Origin: Blepharisma stoltei ATCC 30299
Lineage: Eukaryota > Protista > Ciliophora
Direction: 5' to 3'
Assembly (NCBI GenBank): GCA_965603825.1
Contig: CBFDEM010000055.1
Location: 468,925 to 532,924 of the forward strand
DNA length: 64,000 bases
Shown here: in pieces, positions 54,898-64,000 of the stretch
Layout: every line of letters begins with the position of its first letter
Position numbering within the stretch: position 1 is the first letter of the stretch
Notes under the pieces: model-generated
Databases searched by the model: none
Told to the model about the DNA's origin: nothing
What the model saw: only the letters and a program-made list of their open reading frames with translations
Made by a program: the position numbers and the translations under genes

Positions 54898-55041
54898 TAT
54901 CATCCGCACTAAAAATCATAATCTTTCTATAAGGTAAGCTAAAGATAAACTTGCAAAATAGATCTATTCTATTTTTTAAAAACAAAATAAGTATGACTTA
55001 GTGTATGTAGTTTATGTATGAGGAATCTTAAAGATGGTGTA
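54898..55041. mobile_element. IES-like insertion 1 (142 bp, TA-containing direct repeat TATCA)
   Basis: TATCA at 54898-54902 and 55040-55044; deleting 142 nt restores gaa gat atc aat tcc (EDINS), collinear with copies 11 and 12. Confidence 0.6.
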
Positions 55042-55759
55042 TCAATTCCATTCTAGAATTGCATTACTGCGAATATTCAGAGGAAGAAAATTGCATTTCA
55101 TCTTACAAAAATGCTCTGCTCGTTTTAGACTTAACAGATCGTATCGAGACACAGTTTTTAATTTTAGAATATTGCAAAAACACTAATATTCCTCATCTGG
55201 TTCTAGAAAATAAACTCAAATATTTTGATGAGCTAACTTTTTCAGTTACCCCGTTATCTTCTGAAAAAATTAAAGCGTTTTTCGCTATTCTTCGCTATTT
55301 CGGATGACAAAAAGGACTTGTTATAGATGAAAAAAATTGAAAAGCCACCAAAGTCTGTATTTGAAAATTGCTCTCCAAGCTTTAACTATTTGATGATTGA
55401 GTCTAGGTCAAATATTGAATAGCTGGTCAATAGAATTACTAACCCTCTTGGCACAACTATATTATGTTTTTATGAGCTCATCTGGGTCATATAAATTACA
55501 ATTTGAATTATCTGAAAATAAACTTTTAGTTGAAGAAAATGGGATTGTTCTTGACCAAAATAGCGGATATCAGTGTATTATTGACGGTGCATTGGTAGAT
55601 GCAGTTAAAGGCCAAGAGTTTTCAATCTCAATTAAGTTTATATCAATTCAACAGTAGAGGGATTACTTTCTTATTTGCTAAAACATATTGAAGCCGAAAA
55701 CAAAATTGAAATACTAGATCAGTTAAATTCCTTGTTTAGCAAAAATTTTAATTTTTCAC

Positions 55760-55867
55760 TATACTGCTTTTAAAGACTTCGCCGCCAATTTTTTAATTCA
55801 TCAAGCCCTAGTAAACAATTGATGACTAATTTAAAATAAAAATTATTTATAGAGAAATCTGAAAATA
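55760..55867. mobile_element. IES-like insertion 2 (106 bp, TA-bounded)
   Basis: TA at 55760-61 and 55866-67; deleting 106 nt restores tca cta ata agc atc caa (NFSLISIQDG vs NFSVVNIQDG in copy 12). Confidence 0.6.
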
Positions 55868-56545
55868 ATAAGCATCCAAGACGGAAAGAGGTTTTTAGTT
55901 GGAGAAATCATCAATCAAGAATTATTTTTATTAAGTAATATAACATTCCCAGATGATACCCAAGAAACTCCAAAATCTGCCAAAAAGACTTTGTTATTAA
56001 GCATTGAATCTGGCTCTACAAATCCTACTGGCACATTTGCTACTGTTGGCAAAATTGGAGGATACAGTTCATATGCTGCTTGCGACGTAATTAATCAAAA
56101 TGACTCTGGCTTACTTGACAATTTTCAACTCGAATTAATCAGCTTTGACTGCGGAGCAACTGTTTATAACACAACATTTCCGAATGATTACTACTTAAAA
56201 TATAAAGACAAGTTTAGGCTTGCTCATGTTGGAGCTGCAGGGTCAGGTATGGCTATCGGATCGATGAAATCTTTTCAGCAGCTCAACTTAACCTTTCCTA
56301 TCGTTAGTGCTTCAAATGGTGATGTCAGTTTAAGTTCAACAGCGAATTTCCCAATATACATGAGAGTTTCAGTCTCAAATGCTTATGCATATACATTGAT
56401 CCCAATTTTATAAGAGCTTTGGGATGGGAGAAATGCGCTATTTTATACCAAAACGATACTTGATGAAAATATGGATATTACTATTTTAATCAGAGCGCAT
56501 ATAGTCATGCACTAGAAATTATCAATCCAGAAAGTAGTAGAGCTA

Positions 56546-56797
56546 TAGCTTGAAAATTATTTTAGCTTGGGCTAAGACTTTGATGCTTCTTAACTAGCCA
56601 GGAATCTGGCTTTGTTTCATTAGGTGATTAGTCAGCCCATGAATTGGTAATAAAGCTTGTGATCGATATTTATTAATTTGCAAAGTAGATACAACTCAAA
56701 AATCGCTAAAGCAATATATAAATTAAAGTTTTAGAATGGAAGCAAATATAAGCATAATAGAGCCTTCTTGCAAAAACTATTATTATATTTCAAGATA
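56546..56797. mobile_element. IES/MITE-like insertion 3 (~250 bp, TA ends, short terminal inverted repeat)
   Basis: Left end TAGCTTGAAA vs reverse complement of right end TATCTTGAAA (9/10 match). The interior is non-homologous to the array and sits at the junction of the large deletion. Confidence 0.5.
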
Positions 56798-57330
56798 ATT
56801 TGGCAAGAACTGCAGCCTCTTTTGCTTGTAAGAGCAGCTCCACTATTTTTCATGGTAAAACAATTGTTCAAATAGTCTTGGTTGCTATGAACAAAACATC
56901 AAAAAGAGCTCAAAGCACCCTCCATGGAGCTCTTTTTGTATTAGTGATGATTTTGTATATTGTTTTCCTTTTCAAGTTCAAGCCGTACAATTATCCAAGA
57001 TTTAGCTGGTGGCAAGTCTTGACTTCAGTTGGAGTTATCTGACTCGTTTTACTCCCAATAATAACTTAAAAAAAATTTGAAGGCACTCTTATATATACAT
57101 CTTTACTGATATTGGGATTTATTGTCATTGCCCTAATTGGAGTTTATTTTCAACGTAAAAAATATCCAAGTCTACTATTCCGCAAGAATGGCCATGATGC
57201 ATTCATTCTATTTCAGTTTGCTTTTGCTTTTGGCAATCATTCAAGAGCAGCTCTTTCAAAAGTTGCTCCAAGCGGATCATCATCTTTGCAACACCGAAAA
57301 ATAGAAAGTCATAGTTCTTAATTTACCTCT

Positions 57331-57468
57331 GGAAAAAGCCAAGCTATATCAACTTTGCTTTGACTGTTACTTTTGGAAAGGCTGGATTCAAAGAGGCTAT
57401 TAGCAAAAATTACTCCAAGGATGCTGTCAAAATCTTCAGCTCTAGGCATTCAAGATCATATTTCTTAA
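57331..57468 (+). pseudogene. Relic of a further receptor 3' end
   Basis: Degenerate match to the copy 12 tail KKGHDTSTLF..FTFGK..KALTKISPSVLSKSSAQ...S*. Confidence 0.6.
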
Positions 57469-57752
57469 TTCTATACATTCTAGTACCCATTATTTATAAA
57501 TAAGCTTCTAATAAGTAGCATTTCTATTCTAGAAATCATTAATTTATAAATAAGCTTTTTAATATGATGCAATCTATTTTAGAAATGATTAATCTTATAA
57601 AATATTGCCTTTGCTTAGCTGTGAAATTAAATCTACCTCTCTGAATAATAAAATTTACTTCATAACTTATGATAATCTTCACTATATTTTAATTCCATCA
57701 AAGCATGCGCTTTTACTAATCATGATAATCTTTCAATTAGAATTATTACAAT

Positions 57753-60700
57753 ATGGCAACCCCAAATACAGCACACAACCTGAAACAGTTAGCAATTGGC
57801 GTTCCAATTCAGTCAGTCATCAAAATTAAGCCTAATGCAGGCTATTTTCGAGAAGACTTAAAAGTAACAGGAACTAAGATCGGTGTTCTAGATGCAAATA
57901 ATCGGGTTCGTGAAGAATTCGAATGCGGGGATATTTATGATGGCGGAGCTCCTCTCTACAAAATCTTCGAAAATTCTTGCCAAGCTTATTTAGGCGCAAT
58001 TCTTGAAGGAGTCAATGTAGGAATTGTAAGCTTTGGGACAACAGGATCAGGCAAAACCTTCAATCTCGAAGGCGAAGGCTCAGATTCCGGCTTGATCCAC
58101 TACTTTGTTCAGTCTCTATTCGAATCTCTAGACGAAAAAAAGTACAAACTCAACCAAGGGCGGCCTTCTTCAGGGAGCTCACAAGCTTATTCTTACTCAG
58201 TCAGAATTCGTTACTTGGAAATCGTCGATGAGGAAATCTCTGACTTATTGATCCAGTCAAATTCAAGAATCCTGGGAACTCTGCATATTGTGCAGAGCGA
58301 ATGAGAAGGTCCAGCAGTAAAAAATGCAAGCTGACTCCAATGCAATAGTTCTCACGAGCTTATTGATATGTTTACATTGGCCAGAAGAAATAGAACCCAG
58401 GCGACAAATGAATTCGGGCCTCTAAGTGATAAAGCAACCACTTTTTTCACGGTTGAGATTTTGCAGATTGCGGTGGACCAGGTCACAAAGGAGACAAATG
58501 TATTGGTTTCTCGGCTGAACTTTGTAGACCTGCCTGGGATGGAAAAACTGAATGAAGACGCTGAGACCTTAAGAATTCGTGAAGGAAATACATTGAACAA
58601 AGCAGTTCTAGCTATAGGAGAGCTAATTCGAAATGTCAGTCAAGATAAAGAAGACTATATCAGATATGACGGGTCTAACGTGGCCCATCTGCTTAAAGAC
58701 ATCTTTGCAGGCAATTGCTTGTCAATGTGCTTGACTTGCTTGCAATATGGAGACAATATTGGGTCTTTGCTCGTGCTTAATTATATGAAAATGCTGAAGG
58801 CCACTATAAATTTCCCAGTAGTCAATGACAGCCGACAAATAGGACTACTAAGGAAATACAGAATTGAGATTATGAACCTGATGAACCAAATTAGCCTCCT
58901 CAGCGTCTCAGCTTTAGGCTCAGGGCAAATTACAGACTTAGAAAAGCAGCTTATTGATGGGAACTTGCACAAGCTGAGAATTGCTGACGAAAAATCACAG
59001 CTGATTCTGAGGATGAGAGATCTAAAAGCCGCGTATAACAAATTAATCAAAGAAAAAGCAGATCTGCAAGAAGAATTGATCAAATCAGAAGAGGCAAGGC
59101 TAGATATCGGAAAAGCCCTTATTGAGCTGCAGATGGAAAACGCAAAGCTGCAACATGAAATGGGGAAAGGAGATCTTGATGTGAACTCCAAGGTGCTTTA
59201 TGCAGAGAATGAAGTCCTTGCTGCCAATATGAAGCAAGAAAAAGCGTTGCAGGCTATTAACGAAATGCAAGAAAAGCTAAAAAAAGTGCTGGAAGAAAAA
59301 AGAGACCTGGAGATAGAGTTTGTAGCCCTTAAAACAAATTATTTGAATTTATCGAATGAATTTAATGAAGAAAAGGTCAGAAACGAAAATCTGAGTTTAG
59401 AAATAATCAACTTAGCAAATGAAAATAAGGCCTTAAGAGCCGATTCTGATGCCTATGCAAAAATCAAAGGAAATATCTCATTAGAGCAAAATAAACTACT
59501 TTCAGAACTGGAAAAACTTGGAAAATTAAACAGAGAGCTCGAAGATTCTCTGCTGGATGCCAAAGCTGAAGTTGAGAGACTCAAGTCCGAGTTGATCAAG
59601 TACGATTTAAATGCTGAAATGCAGCAAGTTGACTTCGATAACCGCAAAGTTGAGCTGGAAAGAGGCTATATTGATGCTGACCGAAAGAGAGACAAGCAAA
59701 TGAACAAGAAAATAAATGAAACTGAGAATAAAGTAGGCCAATTGGTCCAACAAAACGATATGAACTTTTCAGATATCGTTTCTGTCACCAGACAACTAAA
59801 AATAGCTCAACGAAAGGTGGCAGAGCTAGAAGAGCTCTTAAGTGACTACCAAAACCATGACAATTTGATGACCAGCGAGAATCAAAGGCTTCATCTGCAA
59901 ATTGATGACATGAGAGCCAATTTCAGAGCAAAACTCATTAAGACTATGAAAGAAGGGGTTGATCCTTTGGACAACAGGGTGACCAATGCAAGAGAAGAAA
60001 TGATAAGGTCTTATAACGAGCAAGAAGCAGAACTGAGAGAAAAACTTAATAAAGAATTGGCCGAAAGTGACCACAAAAACAAAATAATCAGAGGACTCAA
60101 AGCGTATGCGAGGAACTTGAAGAGCTTGGCTGAGGACTGGGCTCCTCTAGGCCAACCAATACCGCAAGTCTTGGTGGCTCCACCTCCAATTCTGTTGGAA
60201 GATGAAGACAGGCCTATTGCTCAAAGAGCACTAAATCAGGAACTAGAAAAGCTGAGAATTAGGAATGCAAGCCTTGACCAAGAAGTAAAAGTACTGCAAA
60301 ATAAGCTCCTGGGCAGTAATGAGCAGTTTTCGAGGCTTGCAAATGGAAACCGAGGCACTGGAATTCAAGAAAGGCTGCTGAATGAAATCGAGTACTTGAA
60401 AGGAGCTCCTGTGAGTCAGTCTAGGCCTGGGAGTGGAAATTATGACATAGATGTCCTTCGGAAAGAAAGAAATCAGCTGAGAGAAGAAAATAGAAGACTC
60501 AATCAAGAGTTAAGGGAAAGCCGAGCTAGAGGCAGCAATCAAGGAGTCCCTTCAAACGACCAGTCTTTGTATGGAGAAATAGAAAGACTGAGGAAAAAAC
60601 TGATGGAGTATGAGCAGGGATCGTCAAGCCCAGCGAATGGCTCGCAGCCCAAAAATCTTCAGATGAAAGTTTCCTATCTTGAAGACGTGCTCAGAAAGCT

Positions 60701-60887
60701 GGAAAAGGAAAGAAGCGAATTGAGTATCAGAGCTACTATGGCTGAAGAGCAGCTAAAGAATTTGAATGAGCATATGAACTCTTCAATACAGAACTACCAG
60801 AGAAAGATCGGAGAACTCAAAAATATCATCCAGCAAATGAAGGGTGGGAGAGCCAATGACTCGAGAATGGGGGAGCTTAATTTTTAA
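57753..60887 (+). CDS. Divergent kinesin-like motor domain plus long coiled coil (possibly CCDC78/DUF4472-related), 1044 aa
   Basis: Track ORFs 57753-58304 and 58368-60887 share one frame, joined through two TGA codons. P-loop FGTTGSGKT, YLEIVDEEISDLL, SRLNFVDLPGME. Confidence 0.85.
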
Positions 60888-61194
60888 TTAATTGTATTAT
60901 CAAAATTCGCCTTATGGATACTAATAACATTGAAAATTTTTTTTACTTCTCCTCTTAATAAAGAACACTTTTTGCGCGAAGGTGGCGCGGCTATATACTA
61001 TTAAAGAGATATTCTGGATTTATTAGAAGTATAGATGATTAAGGAATTGAAATATAAAAAATGAAATACACCAAGTTTATTATTTAAAGAAGTATAAAAT
61101 AAAAGTTATTATAATTCATAAATGGGATATAACTTCTATCTGCTCAGAATGCTCAAAATTTTGCTCTTTTAACTTTTGTTTTATTATATTCTGG

Positions 61195-61659
61195 ATAAAT
61201 ACCCCTTTTGCACAAATAAATTCTCCAAAACTGCTAAAATGCATTAAGCTTGTCTGATTTAGAATGAATAATATATAAATCCGATCTTTTTAATAGGGAA
61301 GCTGATTTTGATAAACTAAGTAAATGAACTATTAATTTCTTATTGCAAATTTCAGAAATTGAAATTTTAGCACCGATCTATTCAGATATATCTAGCAGAA
61401 ATGATCTGTTGACATATTAAAAAATGCTAGTTCTGATCGATGCAAATTTGCATTCATGTCATTCGACTGATAAAAAGATTCCAAAAATTTCTTCCTCATT
61501 GAGATTATTCTTAGTGCCCAATTTAGTAGCAAATGAATATTTATGTTCGTTATTAGCGGGCATATTTATGCTTATAATTGTAATAATTTTTTTATGATAT
61601 GCTTTGGATGTGTGTGTTAATTTTATAATAAAATAAAATAATATAAAGCAATTTTTCAA
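61195..61659 (-). pseudogene. Inverted, highly diverged relic of the receptor N-terminal domain
   Basis: Minus strand reads SVEWHECKF...SFLLDISE*IGAKISISEICNKKLIVHL...SDKLNAF/LAVLENLFVQKG, against array LVEWHNCEY...LVLDLTDRIETQFFISEICKEREIPHL...DKLNAFLAVLRYFGWQKG. Confidence 0.6.
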
Positions 61660-62393
61660 TTTAAAAAATAAAAAATAAAATTTTATTGGAATTGTAGCTT
61701 AAAAAAGCGAATTTTATCAAATATTATTTTAAAATTATAATACCTTGTTTTGATATTATTTATAAATTTTAAGCATATTTTTATGATTATTTGCGAACCT
61801 TTAATTAAATATTTTATTATTCAAAGCTAACTAAACTCAATTAGTGGGTAAAACATTGAAAAATCCTTCTTTTTAGAAATTTGCTTCAAATTATTTTTAA
61901 AAAATATTTTAAATATAACAAAAAATTCTCAGACAAAATATTGGCGAAAAATCAGCTGTTGAAGAGCAGGAAATATAAAAATATGTTTACGCTCATTCTA
62001 ACTACATTTTGCATAGAAGATTCAGATCGAAAAACATTTTCCTTGATGAATATAAAAATGGAAAATTATTAAAATAATATTTGCTAATAGCCGGATATGA
62101 ATGCTAATCTCTTTATGTATTAAATAGAAATGCTTATTCAAAGGAATTGAATGAGTGCTCAGGTATATTCTGAGATAAGGCCTGACTTTTCTTATCTCCA
62201 GAGTGGTTTAAAAAATCAAAGTTAAGCCCTTCATGAGCGAAGAACAAAATTGTTTGCTCGCACATCGATAGGGGTTGTTAGCAAAAAATAATCAAGGCAT
62301 TGCTGTCATAAATATCATAATTTTTAATTTTGTATATACTAAGTTAAATAATGATATGTTTAATTGAATATTTAATAAAATAATTATTAATTT

Positions 62394-64000
62394 TTAGGGT
62401 GTTAGGGTGTTAGGGTGTTAGGGTGTTAGGGTGTTAGGGTGTTAGGGTGTTAGGGTGTTAGGGTGTTAGGGTGTTAGGGTGTTAGGGTGTTAGGGTGTTA
62501 GGGTGTTAGGGTGTTAGGGTGTTAGGGTGTTAGGGTGTTAGGGTGTTAGGGTGTTAGGGTGTTAGGGTGTTAGGGTGTTAGGGTGTTAGGGTGTTAGGGT
62601 GTTAGGGTGTTAGGGTGTTAGGGTGTTAGGGTGTTAGGGTGTTAGGGTGTTAGGGTGTTAGGGTGTTAGGGTGTTAGGGTGTTAGGGTGTTAGGGTGTTA
62701 GGGTGTTAGGGTGTTAGGGTGTTAGGGTGTTAGGGTGTTAGGGTGTTAGGGTGTTAGGGTGTTAGGGTGTTAGGGTGTTAGGGTGTTAGGGTGTTAGGGT
62801 GTTAGGGTGTTAGGGTGTTAGGGTGTTAGGGGTGTTAGGGTGTTAGGGTGTTAGGGTGTTAGGGTGTTAGGGTGTTAGGGTGTTAGGGTGTTAGGGTGTT
62901 AGGGTGTTAGGGTGTTAGGGTGTTAGGGTGTTAGGGTGTTAGGGTGTTAGGGTGTTAGGGTGTTAGGGTGTTAGGGTGTTAGGGTGTTAGGGTGTTAGGG
63001 TGTTAGGGTGTTAGGGTGTTAGGGTGTTAGGGTGTTAGGGTGTTAGGGTGTTAGGGTGTTAGGGTGTTAGGGTGTTAGGGTGTTAGGGTGTTAGGGTGTT
63101 AGGGTGTTAGGGTGTTAGGGTGTTAGGGTGTTAGGGTGTTAGGGTGTTAGGGTGTTAGGGTGTTAGGGTGTTAGGGTGTTAGGGTGTTAGGGTGTTAGGG
63201 TGTTAGGGTGTTAGGGTGTTAGGGTGTTAGGGTGTTAGGGTGTTAGGGTGTTAGGGTGTTAGGGTGTTAGGGTGTTAGGGTGTTAGGGTGTTAGGGTGTT
63301 AGGGTGTTAGGGTGTTAGGGTGTTAGGGTGTTAGGGTGTTAGGGTGTTAGGGTGTTAGGGTGTTAGGGTGTTAGGGTGTTAGGGTGTTAGGGTGTTAGGG
63401 TGTTAGGGTGTTAGGGTGTTAGGGTGTTAGGGTGTTAGGGTGTTAGGGTGTTAGGGTGTTAGGGTGTTAGGGTGTTAGGGTGTTAGGGTGTTAGGGTGTT
63501 AGGGTGTTAGGGTGTTAGGGTGTTAGGGTGTTAGGGTGTTAGGGTGTTAGGGTGTTAGGGTGTTAGGGTGTTAGGGTGTTAGGGTGTTAGGGTGTTAGGG
63601 TGTTAGGGTGTTAGGGTGTTAGGGTGTTAGGGTGTTAGGGTGTTAGGGTGTTAGGGTGTTAGGGTGTTAGGGTGTTAGGGTGTTAGGGTGTTAGGGTGTT
63701 AGGGTGTTAGGGTGTTAGGGTGTTAGGGTGTTAGGGTGTTAGGGTGTTAGGGTGTTAGGGTGTTAGGGTGTTAGGGTGTTAGGGTGTTAGGGTGTTAGGG
63801 TGTTAGGGTGTTAGGGTGTTAGGGTGTTAGGGTGTTAGGGTGTTAGGGTGTTAGGGTGTTAGGGTGTTAGGGTGTTAGGGTGTTAGGGTGTTAGGGTGTT
63901 AGGGTGTTAGGGTGTTAGGGTGTTAGGGTGTTAGGGTGTTATGGGTGTTAGGGTGTTAGGGTGTTAGGGTGTTAGGGTGTTAGGGTGTTAGGGTGTTAGG
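62394..64000 (+). repeat. Telomere, (TGTTAGGG)n = (CCCTAACA)n, about 200 units
   Basis: Nearly perfect 8-mer tandem repeat with the G-rich strand running to the window end; this is the heterotrich ciliate (Stentor/Blepharisma) telomere unit. Confidence 0.97.

Larger units (their letters stand above)
54730..57321 (+). pseudogene. Receptor-array copy 13, heavily disrupted pseudogene related to copy 12
   Basis: Multiple frameshifts and stops, three foreign insertions, and loss of ~1.3 kb between PESSRAI and WQELQP. Confidence 0.85.

Noticed and set aside
4860-57321. Calling the family GABA-B/mGluR GPCRs or natriuretic-peptide receptor cyclases
   Set aside because: Only the VFT motifs match. 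There is no nine-Cys domain, about 9 TM segments without class C 7TM motifs, and no cytoplasmic catalytic domain
1329-60887. Selenocysteine or Cys decoding of TGA
   Set aside because: TGA alternates with TGG, not TGT/TGC, in the paralog alignment
60970-60992. GC-rich motif tttgcgcgaaggtggcgcgg resembling E2F sites
   Set aside because: No identifiable downstream gene and no independent support
61881-62310. Short ORFs next to the telomere on both strands
   Set aside because: Multiple TAA/TAG stops and no recognisable motifs; may be decayed coding DNA but cannot be assigned
62394-64000. CRISPR array or satellite
   Set aside because: Spacer-less 8-mer terminal repeat, which is a telomere

Overview
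AT-rich eukaryotic chromosome end. It carries a (TGTTAGGG)n telomere (62394-64000) and intronless genes in which in-frame TGA codes for Trp (TGA and TGG interchange at aligned positions) while real stops are TAA/TAG. This combination points to the somatic (macronuclear) genome of a heterotrich ciliate, most likely Blepharisma. Read with UGA=Trp, the fragmented ORF track collapses into a few long genes. These are an SPFH/band-7 protein, a 903-aa helical-repeat/IQ protein, a divergent kinesin with a long coiled coil, and an E2-like protein lacking the catalytic Cys. The main feature is a ~52-kb head-to-tail array of 13 paralogous ~1150-aa receptor-like genes (10 intact, 3 pseudogenes, plus several relic fragments). 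Their architecture is signal peptide + two tandem Venus-flytrap (ANF-receptor/LIVBP-like) domains + ~9 TM helices + short tail, which is not a canonical class C GPCR. The array shows variable predicted ligand-pocket residues, gene-conversion mosaics and an apparent unequal-crossover chimera. Its last pseudogene carries three TA-bounded insertions that look like unexcised IESs. All homology calls come from reading motifs by eye; no searches were run.
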